Shown: positions 12,372 to 25,141 of the stretch, piece by piece
Position numbering within the stretch: the first letter of the stretch is position 1
Layout of the letters: each line of letters begins with the position of its first letter
Source: Oopsacas minuta
Taxonomy: Eukaryota; Animalia; Porifera
Direction of reading: 5' to 3'
DNA: 64,000 bases
NCBI GenBank assembly: GCA_024704765.1
Contig: JAKMXF010000304.1
Span: 273,909 to 337,908, forward strand
The notes under the pieces: model-generated
What the model saw: only the letters and a program-made list of their open reading frames with translations
Database searches by the model: none
Told to the model about the DNA's origin: nothing
Made by a program: the position numbers and the translations under genes

Positions 12372-14199
12372 CTAAAATCACAACTAATATAAATACCAAA
12401 TGAATTCTAGAAAGAAATGTGAAAATTAAAGAATAAAGTTATCGGAAATCCCAGAGGCAGCGATAAATCCCCCTCAGGGAGCACAACCGGTCCAAGAGAA
12501 AGTTAGAGGGGCCACACCGAATCCTAACTGGGTTAAGAAACAAATAATTAGGTTGTCAAGATATTTAAATGTGAATAAAAGCAACATTGTAAGATGCTTT
12601 TGAGTCAGCATGACATAAAACAATCCAATATTTCACCATTAACATGTTTCTTTGAATATGTTAAATTATATAAAAGACCTAAAATGAAAAATGTATATTT
12701 GTGCCCTTTGGCACCCCTTATCACTGCTTTTGAGTAATCCCGAAATTATCCACAAAATTTCGAAATAATCACATGAAAATATGTTAAACCAAAAACCACA
12801 AAAAAGGAGGAGCAAATAGGTTACATAACCAAAACTGGCGAGGGTGAACATTGTATAATATATACAAATGGCTCAGAACTCCGGTAGCTTTCCACAAATT
12901 ATAAGATCATGATAATGGCATGAAACATTAGCTCTGATATTAAGAATTATGGAAAATATATTGAATCATAGAGGCCATCGATATGACACCAATGTCGGCC
13001 TAAGTTATCTATTAAATAGTGAGTTATAGAAATTGTCAGTGTTTTTGCATGCCTGCAGAGGTAGCGACAAGGGGATCTTAATCCTGTTAGGACTTCGGTG
13101 TGCCCCCGATAACATTCTCTGGGAACGGTTATGCCTTCGTGAGACGGCGCTCTAGTGCCACCTATGGATGCCTGCAAATGAATTGAATTACTTTCAGATT
13201 AACGTTAATTGATATATTAGTGTTTCGTAACAAATTTCCAGTAATTTGATATATGCATATAATGATAATATTAGAGATTTCCCTGGAAAAGCAAAAAGCC
13301 CTTTGGAATGCAAACATTGCATTCTCAAAACTGACGAACTAAAAAGTGTGATCCCTTGTTCGACGACGCTAGGCTAGCTGGGATATCTAGACATATAAGG
13401 ATCGACGATAGTATCATAAAACTATTTGGTCAAATTTTCCTCCCTGGCCTCGGATATTACTGAAATATAAAAAAATATATTAATGTATCAATGTCAGAGT
13501 CTATTTGGTGAGTACAATCAGTAAATATGTATTATATCCATATTTTCCAAAAAACAATAATCTATACTATTGCAACTAGCTTGCTAGGTCGCTATGCGAC
13601 AGTTTAGTGCCTTAGATTGAAACAAGTATTAAACAGGTATATTTCATAATGCTTTTGGTGGCTTCGTGGCGGGATAAACTCGACACTTTGTGCCACGTGT
13701 GTATAATATAGCAGAAATATTAAGAGTAAATTATCAATGGTGCAACTAAATGACATCTAGTGGCATTGGGTGGTGAAACTGGAGATGATGTGTTGATTTT
13801 GATAAGTATCTAGTTATTTCGTGCCTCGAGTATACAGAAATTCTGAAATTTTTTGTCATTTGGAAAATTTGGATATTTTGTACTGTTATGATGACGAATA
13901 ATCCCACTATGAGTTCGTTTTTGATAATCAGGAAATGTAAAATATTGAGGGGCAGCTGTGATTCAAATTTCAACCTTCTATTGTGTATATTGGCAAAGCA
14001 GTGGTTAATAATGTAATATTATCGAAAATCCAAAGGTAACAATGACGTAATTATTTTGTTATCTTGGTGAATCTTTCGTCTAAGATTCAAGCCTGTACAA
14101 GCAAGGCCCAAAATACCACTGTATGCCAAAAATCAGTATGGGGTCTTCCAGTTTCTTCAATCAATTCTGGACATACAAACATATATATATGTACATATA

Positions 14200-15536
14200 T
14201 CAGGGCGTTCAATAAGTCTTGCCGATCATGATATATCTTAGGAATTAGTCAAGTAATATATCTAACTTTCATATATTATCAGCCCATATAGTTAAACTCC
14301 ATATACTGAAAGTTTCAAGCTTATTCAATACAAATTATGAATTTTTGAGATTGTTACGTGTAGTCATTTTATACCCACTGTTGAATTTATGGCTACATAT
14401 GATGATCATTTCAACCTCAAATGGCGAGCTTACATAGAGTTTCGCACAAAAACTCAAGATCCAGCCAGTACAGATCTTCAGCGAGTTACAGGAGATATTG
14501 TGCGTTGATTGCCCTTACAGATCTACTGTAGAGCGATGGGCTGCCCGTTTTAGATCTGGTGACGCTGATGTCACAGATTTGCCTCGATCTGGAATACCGG
14601 TATCCGCCGCCACTTCAGAGAATATCGCACTCATTGAAAGTATGGTCATGGAAGACAAGTGCATGGCTGTCAATCAATTAGAACAAAGTATGGAGATTTT
14701 TCATCGGGAGCTATTCATACAATTCTGATGACTGAGCTTGGCTACTGATCGATTTGTAGGAAATGGGTCCCGCATAAGCTCAGTGAGAATCAAAGGTTGG
14801 CACGACTGAATATTACCAAGAAACTCCTGGAAACTTATGAGAACTGCGATTCTAGACGCCTAACAGAGATTATTACTGGTGACGAGACGTGGGTATACTA
14901 TTCAACACCCTATAGCAAGTATAAGAAGCGATCATGGGTGAGGGGCGACGAACAACCGGCCAAAATTCCTAGGCCCAACTTCAGAGAACCTAAGATTATG
15001 TATACCATCTTCTTCAGTAGTCATGGAATTGTCTTGCAATTACCTTGTGAGAGTGGCAAGGCTGTTACTGATACTTTCTTTATAGAGCAAGTGCTTCCAA
15101 ATTTGAGAAAAATATAGAAAAGTACCGCCCGAAAACCGGAAGTTGAGGAATGAAGATTTTAATTGATAACACCAGTTCCCATACAGCTAAGCTCACCAAA
15201 TATTTCTTGGATGTAGAAGGGTTAGAATTACTTCCCTATCCACCATACTCACCAGACCTAGCTCCGTGTGATTTTTGGCTATTCCCCAAGCTTAAAATCT
15301 ACCTTCAAGGCAAAGATTTTAACACATTACAAGCACTCGGAATGTGCCTGTTCAAATACTTCAAATCCATCCCCGAAGAAGAGTACAGAAATGTGTTTAA
15401 TAAGTGGGTGGAAAGGTTAAAACTTTATGTATCTGCAGGAGGGGATTACTTTGAATAGATAATATAACGAATTAGTGTGTATAGTGTTTGTATCATATTC
15501 TATGATATCAGCCGCAAGACTTATTGAACGCCCTAG
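14200..15536 (+). mobile_element. mariner (DD34D) full-length defective element
   Basis: TIRs (T)CAGGGCGTTCAATAAGTCTTGC / GCAAGACTTATTGAACGCCCTAG with TA on both sides. Broken CDS 14389-15458 with WVPH, TGDETW, IDN and YSPDLAPCDFWLF; 34 residues between D2 and D3. Confidence 0.95.
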
Positions 15537-15559
15537 TAGTTCACTTTAGCATTGTAATA

Positions 15560-17058
15560 AGTGTGCATAATAGTAAACTTCGCGGATTAGCAAGGAAGAT
15601 TCAAGCAAAACACAATTGTTAATAGGCGATTTCCACATTAGTCAAGTTTGAAAACGACCCACAAACTACTTTCGATTAGTGATCGAGTTGAATAGACAGT
15701 TACGAAGTTCTTGCTAATTACAGTTGAAATCGGGTTATTTTGTATTCAAGTCAATGTAAGTATTCTTTATCAGAAATCCCTATATAAATAATAGGTTGTT
15801 TTGTGTTTGACTTCAAGTATTTTGTCTATCTGAGGGTGTAAACAATTGAAAATCAGTCCGACATATTTTGTATTATATTGTAAATTAGTGATTTTCCAAA
15901 ATACTGGATTAGTCAATGCCCTAATTAATAACAGCTAATATGCGCTCAAGGGTTTATTGTTTGGCGTATATTAGCTATCATTAATTTCTAGGAGTATTTA
16001 GCATAAAGGGTTTGGTCTATCGGCATAATTGTTGTTTCGGAAGCGGAAAAATGGACACGCGATTTCAATTGTACCTGTAAACATTGTTTTCATAGGATAT
16101 CAACTTAGGGTAATTTGTTTGGAGCACCCCAATAATTCCCAGTGTTCGCAGCTGTAGCTAAATTAAGCCCTAACAAAATGGTGGATAAGCATATACATCA
16201 CCCAATGAATTCTGATGGCTAGTAGGTAATCTTTCTGGTTTGGTGGTGCCAGCCACCAAACCTAAATTTCCCGAGAAATTAACATTTTAGGAATCTTCCA
16301 ATAATTAATTGAATGAACAAGATATCTATTGAAAATTAGAATATTTCTAGTACATTGACTGGGAATAACCTGATTGAGCTAGAAATGAGAGGTCCTAATA
16401 TAAAGGACAAAAGTTTTGTGCAGCTAGTCCAAGAAATGGTGGAAGGGTAATTGCCTCAGTTGCCCCATACCCTAAATCAGTCAATAGCCAAACAGGAATA
16501 ACTAGTTGTATCCATTAAATTCTACTTCGACAACGCACATTGTATTTGAAATCAAAATTAGGGATACAATAGCTCACAAGAATGTTAACATACTTTGCAA
16601 GGTTTTGTAGTAACAAATGCCCAAACTTCAGGGATAAGTGAAACAAATCAACTATCTCAACAAGAATTAATGGCAGAGACGTTAATACTTACCTCATGCT
16701 CTTAATATAGTGTATGAATTAGTAATTTAGTAAATGTCAACATATTAAAAATGTATATAGTAACATCATATGCATAATTCAATACTCATCACTTAAAAAT
16801 TACGAAAAGAAAATTGACTAAATATGGTATGAAGGTAGTATGACGTCATTCCAGAAAATTCGAAGCCATATATAAATCTGATAGGTTTGATCGACTAGTT
16901 TGGGGCAATATCCCATAAATAAGTAATACATTATGCAGAGCTAGCAGACACTTAAATAGCTAATCCGCCAATTTTATCATTTTGAGCAACAATAATTCGA
17001 TATTTAAGTTCTAGCTATTAAGCAGCACTAAGGGAAATGAATAAACCATTTCTCCAAT
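15560..17058 (-). pseudogene. Degenerate duplicate of the DUF4139 3' half
   Basis: 66 bp after the exon 3 donor the sequence reads EDWRNGLFISLSAA* with the expected AG acceptor missing. Further downstream are broken matches LATAANTGNY, GTIEI..NNNYA, LG-ID and SSLWVVFKLD*...LTIVF, interrupted by stops and frameshifts. Confidence 0.5.
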
Positions 17059-17124
17059 CTTCAGCAAAAAATATAACAACAGATATTACAAAATCATCGA
17101 AAAAGGAAACGAGACAGAACTTAC

Positions 17125-17560
17125 CAGTGCCCTGCTTAACTATGCCAAAATAATATAATTCTAATTCGTTTTTCTCTGTGCTGAAAGATAGTTGATAAAA
17201 AGGGTTCCATGATGCATTGGAACACAAATAAGTGAAAATTAAACAAATTTTACATTCTTCTTGAGATTCAACAATAACTTTAATAGCCTTGCAAAACTTC
17301 GTGGATTTATCATATTTATTACAAGACAACTGTTGATTTCTATTCAGCTGCAATGCCTTAATTCTATTAGAAACAGAAGAAAGTTCGTTAGATAAAGAAT
17401 TAAATAAATCTTGAGCAGCAAAATAGGAATTAGAAAAGAAACCTAAATAGTTTGACAGGTTATTGAGTGTTGATTTATCAAACATTTCAAAGTAGTCAAC
17501 TCCTGGAGTAGCGAAGGTCTGCTCAGCTTTAACATCAGATAATGGCTTCTTTACGTTGCT
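17125..17560 (-). CDS. DUF4140/DUF4139 (F37C4.5-like) host gene, exon 3
   Basis: Acceptor TTTTAG at 17561-17562 (phase 0), 145 open codons including KAIKVIVES...LIFTYLCSNASWNPFYQL...LELYYFGIVKQGT, donor GTAAGT (phase 1). Confidence 0.85.
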
Positions 17561-17794
17561 CTAAAAGTATACGAAAAATATAATTCGAAATGTGAGAAAT
17601 TCATCCAATGGTGGAAGGGTATTGGGGAATCAGAAGAATATGAAATTTAAAGGAAGAATTTTAGGAGCTACAATTATTCGATTTGAATTTGTGAATACCT
17701 GCGTTACGGCTGCTGTAAATAGCAAATCAATGACACTTATTGCTACTATCTGGCTGGTGGTAATAGCCTTACCCATAAATTAATAGCAATAATA

Positions 17795-19106
17795 CAACGG
17801 GCGTTCAAAAAGTTCAGTCTTGGGTCGTAGAATTTTAACATATAAGATATTATGCATCTGTATTTATAATGAACCTTATTCAATTATCTATTCAGAACTA
17901 CTTTAACTTCACCATATCACCAATAGTTTTCTAGTTACGATTATTTCAAATTCCTCAGTTTTGACTATCCTTGTATTTTCAGTATTTATGGCTTCGAATT
18001 TGAAATTTAAGCAAAGATCCTATATCAAAATTCGCACGCTTTTTGGTATTGGCCCGAAGGATATTCTCATAGACTTGGAAGTCGTTAATAGAGATGCTAG
18101 CCTTTCATATACTACCGTGAAGGAGTGGGCCAAGCGGTTTCGTGAAGGACGAGAGTCACTGGAAAATGAGGAGCGAATCGGGCGTCCCATTTCCGCCGTC
18201 ACTAGCAGTAACACTTCTGAAATTCGCTGGAGAGTGGAAGAAGATCCTCATTTCACTGCTGAGGAGTTAGCTATGAGTGTAGGGATCTCAACGGGAGCTG
18301 TTCATTCTATACTTATCGATGGGCTGAGAGTTACCAAAATTTGTTCGAGATGAATTCCGCATTCCCTAATAAATGACCAAAAAGACCGGTGGGTAACTTG
18401 TGCAAGAAAATGCTCTCCGAGTATAAAGACTCGGACCCAAGAAGGCTGACAGAAATCATCACTGGTGACGAGACTTGGATAAGATACGACGAGCCACTAT
18501 CGAAAGAAAGAAATAAGGTATGGGTCATAAAAGGTGAGGCGCCTCCTCTCAATCATAGGCCGGACTTCAGAGATCAGAAGGTCCTGTACTCAATTTTCTT
18601 TGATGCACATGGCCCAGTTACCAGATTATAATACCAAAAGGAAAACAATTACCGGGGACTTTCATGCCAACAGTTGCCTCTCAGAAGTAGAAAAACAATC
18701 ACGGGAGCGGAGGCGAAAGTCTGGACCGCGAGGCATGCGATTATTGCACAATAATGCACGGAGACATAAAACTAAGCTTGTAAATTCAGAGTTAGATAGA
18801 ATAAGAGTTGTTGAGCTAGATCACCCACCCTACTCACCTGACCTCGCTCATTGTGATTTTTGGCTCTTTGCAAAGTTGAAAAAGGACCTCGCAGGCAGGG
18901 ATTTTGATACATGAATCGACCTAGGAAACGCAAATTTGGAGATCCCGCCCGAAGACTATAAAAATATATTTTTCAAATGGCTAGATCGTCTACAGCGAGT
19001 CATAGACGTTAATGGTGATTATTTCGAGAAATATATCAATTGTACATGTGTATTCTGTATAGTTACAAAATATGGGGTAGGGTCGGGAACTTTTGAACGC
19101 TCGTTG
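17795..19106 (+). mobile_element. mariner (DD34D-type) full-length defective element
   Basis: TIRs CAACGGGCGTTCAAAAAGTTC / GAACTTTTGAACGCTCGTTG with TA flanks. CDS from 17988 with CSR*IPH, TGDETW, LHNNA and YSPDLAHCDFWLF. Confidence 0.95.
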
Positions 19107-19242
19107 TATTCAAAAAAATATTTCAAAGTGGCGAAGAAAGTTGCAATGTGTATGTATTACGAAAATATCAAATAATATTCAATCATTCGATGTGTTCGTG
19201 AATATACAATGCACAGTGTGTTTAAGAACCCTATGGAGGTTT

Positions 19243-21752
19243 TGTTGCAGCGTAGAATCGAGTTAGGTGTGATTGCAATCACACCAACTACTTGTTATAA
19301 TAGTAAGTACACCAGTATTCTGGTGAAATTGTGACTAACAATTCCTATTGCATCATATACAGTAGCGAATTGATTGGTAGAGTATGAAATATATTGTATT
19401 TGGAATGCTAACTTTATGAAAACACAACAAAAAATGTTTTGCTAGGCGTGCACTGCAAAGAAACGTACATACTGGTATGTATTCAAACATATTTGTTTGT
19501 ACAATTTAGTCTTTATGGCATTTTATGGGACAATTCTTTCCAGGTTTCCTACACGAATATCTTGGGTAATACATTCTTTACTTGCATGCGCAGTTCCTGT
19601 GAGCATTTGAATGAGTTCTGTACATGATATTACTCCCCTTGATGTCGCCACTGTGTTTATAACATTTTGTTTATCACGATTTCCTAAGATATTTTCTTGG
19701 ATCAATCGCACATAGTATATCGGGATGAGGGGCTGGGAGAATTAAGCATACAGTACAAGTGGTAGTTTGAGTCTTTTCCACTGGCAATCAGCATCTTCTT
19801 ATGATTTTTTCTTAAGATCGCCTAATACCAGCACGATTATATTACGCTTCTGGTTCCTGCTGTGAACATCACATCTATCACACCACACTTTAGCTCCATG
19901 CGCCTCTTCTTCAGAGCCTCCACAGAGACATGAATACAACCATTACACTTTGGGAGCCTATGTGCGCCACTGGTTTCGTTTCCACACGAAATACAGGAGA
20001 GGGAATGATCAGTTGTATGTGAAAACGATCCATCTGATGTTTAACTTTCCAACTCAGTCACTTCCAAATCTTCACTACCAGGGTCTTTATGTGTTTGAAG
20101 GTTTCATTGAAAAAGGTGGCGGTTTGTAACTAACAATTGTACTACAAGTAATCAAAATTTGTGAAAGACAAGCAAAGTTTCGGCTTGGGATGGAGTATGG
20201 CTAGTTAGGAAGCTATTGGACGAGTAAAGGACTGCGGTTGAATATGTTGATTGGTATCAGATCTAGAATATGAAAAATTGAATATATCACACGTATAATA
20301 TAACAAAATCACAGCATTTGAAATCAAGTATTATATGTACTTATTCAAATCGTCTTCGTAGGGAACCGTAACCCAATCATTCTCAAGAGCTACATGGTAA
20401 ATGGGGCTAAATAACAGTTTTGGGTTATATACAGCTTCACATGGAGATATTCTGATGGTGGTATGATAGCTTGGATTGTGATGAAGATCTATCCATCTAA
20501 GGTACTTAATCAAACCTTGATCATTCTCGTTATCGATCCTCTTTGTGTAGAGTGCATGTTTTATGTGTCTATTCACACGTTCCACAGCACCTTGAGACTC
20601 TGGATGGCGAAGTTTACCATGAACACCCTCACACTTGGCCATATATTTGCAATGGTTGAAAACAAGAGATAATTATTAAATTCGCGGCCATTATCAGAGT
20701 GAAGGATGTGTGCAGGACTATGTTTGCGAAATATAACCAGAAGAAATGAACAAGCTGACATCGTACCAACGGTGCAAGATTGATTTTCTTAGTAAAATGA
20801 TCTATGTATACCAAAGCAATTTGGAAGGGATTTTCCATCTGGAGATAAATTAGCTACCAGTTTCATACTGCTCATATCGATTAAATCGACCTGATCATGA
20901 CTACCAAAGAGTTAGATGAAATAGCCTTGAATACAGGTTGCTTAGCTGATTTTCTGGATCTCTTAAGAACACACAGGTCGGATGTCTTGACGAATAGATG
21001 ACAAACTTGTTCAGTTATCCAATCAAATTACTGAAACTCTCTTATAAAGTTTGGTTCTTCTTGGATGATTATCTTCATATTTATAGAATCTAATCAAAAT
21101 GGTAGATATTTCTGTAATTGGAATACTTGTTTGCGCCATGTCGTGGAGGTTCTATGAGGTCAAAGATGCTACCACAATGACAAATCCGAATAGAGTATTT
21201 GACTCAATTTGTGACCATTTATCTCCATCCATTTTCACACGGGGCTAGGTGATGACAAATACGAAATATATTTCTGGATTTCACCAGGAGTGAAAATAGC
21301 AGAAGTTGAAGATCTGGGGAGCAATTTGATAGAATTTAAAAACGATTCCTCACTGGATTACTTTCAATACCAGCTTCAATCAAGATTAAAATGCGAATAC
21401 ACCCAAAGATAATTTCACTAGTGTTAAGTACAACTAACTATTGAGTATCAAAATGGCAATATCAAGATTGGTTTGAGGATCATGTTACTGTAGAATTGAA
21501 AATTACAACCAAAATATTTAATCAAGAAATGGATATCTGTATTTAGATAGTATAGTTCCATACTGTAATTAACTTCAAATACTTTTTGACAATTATAATA
21601 GGATATGAACATGAAACTAGCAAATTCTAAATACTGAAATAAACGCTAATTAATACCGAATTAACTATATAATACAATAGGATAGGATACTCGCAATTAC
21701 CCAGTAGTTGGAGTGATTGCAATTACACCAAACTCGCTTCTATACAACAACA
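19243..21752 (-). mobile_element. Ginger2/TDD-type DNA transposon (KRBA2-like rve integrase), defective
   Basis: TGTTG...CAACA termini with about 50-bp imperfect TIRs. Minus-strand remnants QVDLIDM, ALVYIDHFTK, ILHSDNGREF, HPESQGAVERVN, YHTTIRISP and a Cys-rich SCISCG...CNGCIH...WCDRC segment. No matching TSD. Confidence 0.85.
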
Positions 21753-21829
21753 TATTCATATTCATGATATTCACATATAGATGTAATAAATATGTATTTA
21801 ATTAATGAATTAATCAGTACCACAATTTT

Positions 21830-22080
21830 CAATTGAAGTATTCATTGCGAAATGATTCTTTTCGAAAACAAAAATCTGGTTATGAAGTAGCCCAAAGTCT
21901 GGATACGATATTCGGTGAACTTGGTCCACCTCACATCCTTCAATCTGAAAACAGTGATGAAATTTGAAATATCTAAACAAGTTCAATATCAAATAATACA
22001 ACTTATCATTCTACTATTGGGTAACGCCGTATGAGGTTCTCTACAATCAAATATTATCTTAGATTATGGTATACAAGACG
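21830..22080 (+). pseudogene. Second Ginger2-like integrase fragment
   Basis: Plus strand reads EVAQSLDTIFGELGPPHILQSENSDEF and YHSTIGVTPYEVLYN. Confidence 0.6.
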
Positions 22081-22383
22081 AACTGGCACAACATATCACA
22101 CTGAAAGATGTTGGAGGTTGTAAGGATGGAAAGTAATGGAATTGGTGTAGCAGGGAATAATCCAACTTGTCTCACCAACTATCTCCAGGTGAGTTAAATT
22201 TTATGATTAATCTGGTTACCCTGCAAATATTGACCATCCGGAGTACTCAACCTGCTAGAATATTGAAGCCAAATGTATAATCCAGAGCAATGTCAGTGAG
22301 AAATATATACATTCCCGTATCAGATTCTTCGAAACTGTCAGTTATCAAGACCATGAATTTCAATTTTAAATGACTCAATATTA

Positions 22384-23695
22384 CAAGGGGTGTTCAATAA
22401 ATAATTAGACTTGTTTTTCATAATTTATATAGTAAATTTATAATTATAATAATTGATTATCAAATGTTTCGATAAAGTCCCCCTTTAACTTTATACATCG
22501 TTTCGATCGTTCTGGTAACTTTTCCAACCCAGTGGTACAGAATTCTTTAGGGGTCCCTTTTCCCACTGTTATATTTCATACTCCAGCCGTTTGAAATCCT
22601 CAAATCTCTTCCCTCGAAGAGGTCTCTTCAGCTCTCCAAACAGCCAGTAGTCGCTGGGAGCCAGGTCTGAACTATACTGGGGATGAGGGAGGCATTCGAA
22701 TCCTAAGTCGTCAATTGCAGCCATTGTCTTGGAGCTTACATGGGCCTTGCGTTGTCATGTTGCAGCAGTACGCCACGTGTCAACTTGCCTCGCATCTGAC
22801 GTTTAATCGCTTGATGCAATTTTTTCAATTCGTCAACGTAATAATCACTGTTTATGGTGGTCTTCTCAGGCAACCAGTCGAGGTGTATAATTCCTTCCCA
22901 TCCCAAATACTGTTGCCATTCTCTTCCCTGCTGATTTTCGGCCTTTACCTTGATGGGTACAGGTTCATCACGTCTCTTCCACTGCTCCGATTGACTATTG
23001 CTCTCTGGTTCATAATAATGAAACCCAGTTTCATCCTCCGTTACTATACGATCCAAAAAGTCTTCCTCTGCATTGTATCTTGAAAGTAATTCTTTGCTAA
23101 CTCTGACCCTTTCGCGTTTTTGTTTTTTTGAAAGAACCTTTGGGACCCAACGCGCAATTACCTTCGATATTTCCAGATCTTCAGTGATAATCGAGTGTAG
23201 TGTGGCTTTTGATATACCTACCCTTTCTTCTAACTCTTGCAGGGTTATTCGTCTGTCCTCGTCTAAAGTTGTTTGGACCCTCTCGATATTACTGCGGGTT
23301 TTGAGGAAGTCGGACGACCTGGACGAGGGTCATCGTGGAGTTCCTCATCGCCATTATTCAAACGTTCGATCCATCTATATATGGTGGCTTTCGAAGGACA
23401 TTCATCACCGAAAATATCCTGCATTTCACGAAGAATGTAAGAGCCAGTCTTCCCCTTTTTCCACAGCTACCAAATTATTAGTCGATTTCCTTCTTTGCTA
23501 AAATCCATTAGTTGAAAACAGTAGCCTATAGAAATGAAACTTTATACTGAAGAAAATATGCTTGTAGAGTAAAGAGCATATTGTATAGAAGTTAGACAAT
23601 CAAGTTAGGCTTGTAATCTGATATTAGGCTTAGAGTTGTATTAAATAGAATATGAATTCGATACATTAGTCTCATTACTTATTGAACAACCCTTG
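22384..23695 (-). mobile_element. mariner full-length defective element
   Basis: TIRs CAAGGGGTGTTCAATAAATAATTAGACT / AGTCTCATTACTTATTGAACAACCCTTG. CDS from ATG 23508 with DDPRPGRP, VTEDETGFHYYEPES and QHDNARP. Confidence 0.93.
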
Positions 23696-23993
23696 TTAAA
23701 TGAAATAGAACAATTCTGATAGTATATTTGAATCTACGGGTGTGTATTACCTAATATTATGGGACAATACAGACCCGTAGAATTCAAATATTGATTTTAG
23801 CAAATCTCGTTGACAATATGATTGTCATATTTGTGCGATACTTAGGCAGTGAATAAAAAATGTGGCAAGTCCGACTATACAATTATTTGCAAGTCAGTTT
23901 AGAGAATCTCACATAAGTTTCATAAGGTATTCCATCCCAGTGACTATATAATAGTAATGCATCACTTCTTGTACAAATATGAAAGTAATAATA

Positions 23994-24158
23994 CAGTAGA
24001 CTCCTGTCAATATATACACCAGGGACTGCCAAAATTCGTACTCCTAATCCTGACTACGTATTATTTGAACTAATTTACATTGAAATGGCATCGAAGGGGG
24101 CTGATAAAGTGTAAAACTTGTACTCCTTAACAGAGTTCGTATTAACGAAACTCTATTG
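23994..24158. mobile_element. pogo/Tigger-like MITE (165 bp)
   Basis: TA|CAGTAGACTCC...ACTCTATTG|TA with imperfect TIRs. Confidence 0.6.
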
Positions 24159-25141
24159 TATGTCAACGAGATTTTCTCCAATCCTTTCGAAATAATCTTT
24201 TGAGGTAATACAGGGCAGTAGAATTAAAATATACTAACAGAATTGTTCCATCTCATCTTAACTTTGTGCAATTTGCAATTGAATATTTAATTAGCCCATC
24301 ATCTCTTCAATGAACAAAGTGTGGCTAGAAAATATATAATGAAAAAATATTCATTTAGTCAGGATAATGTTAACTAACATAGTCAAATTGCTCTTTCAAG
24401 TATATTATCGTGTGCATATTAAATATTAGCCATATTGCCAGGATTTACAATTGAATAGTTGGTGGCGTGAAAGTACTAATGTTAGGTTAACGAAATTTGG
24501 TTGATATACATATCTGGCCACCGATTTCTATTATACAGGGATGAATGACTTGCATAGAGGTGAGAAAAAACTGGAGGCTGAATTTAGGATCGAGGTATCT
24601 ACCAAAATAACTGAGTAAGTTTTACATTTTAACTGTATTATTGATACTTATACTTATCACAATCTATCACTACAAACCTTTCAACTCGAAATGACTCCAT
24701 CTGGTTACTCACTTGGTGAATATGCCAGAAAAATGCTCCAATTCAGCAACACATAAGGGTTAAATTGATAAATAAATCTTCACAAAATTTCTATAATTAC
24801 AAAGTAAAATATTTATTGAAAACATTCTTAAATCCAATGGTATAACACAGTGGGGAAGTAGACATGTAAGTAGCTTCATTGTGTCTGAAATTATGTGTGT
24901 ATAGTAAATCGAAGCAAGAAATTGAATGGAAACACAAAAATTAAAATAGTTGAATTGACTGCGGATAGTGGTCTATTTTCCTAGTTTGTAAACAGGCTTA
25001 CATACTTTCCAGATTAATCAAAAAGTAAGCAATATTGAATTGCCAGTTTGGCAATTGTTTTTCAGATGAATAAAAGAATTATTGAGTCATTTCAAAACGA
25101 TGGCCTAACAAAAGCACGCATATTCTGCAAATTTTATTCTA

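Noticed and set aside
13746-13973. ORF with RISVYSRHEITR as exon 1 of a second DUF4140 paralog
   Set aside because: Similarity is limited to a few residues with no convincing splice structure; too weak to call.
19212-19218. Lone CACAGTG heptamers (also near 24846, 31226 and 62710)
   Set aside because: No partner end, inner box or TSD; a 7-mer is expected a few times by chance in 64 kb.
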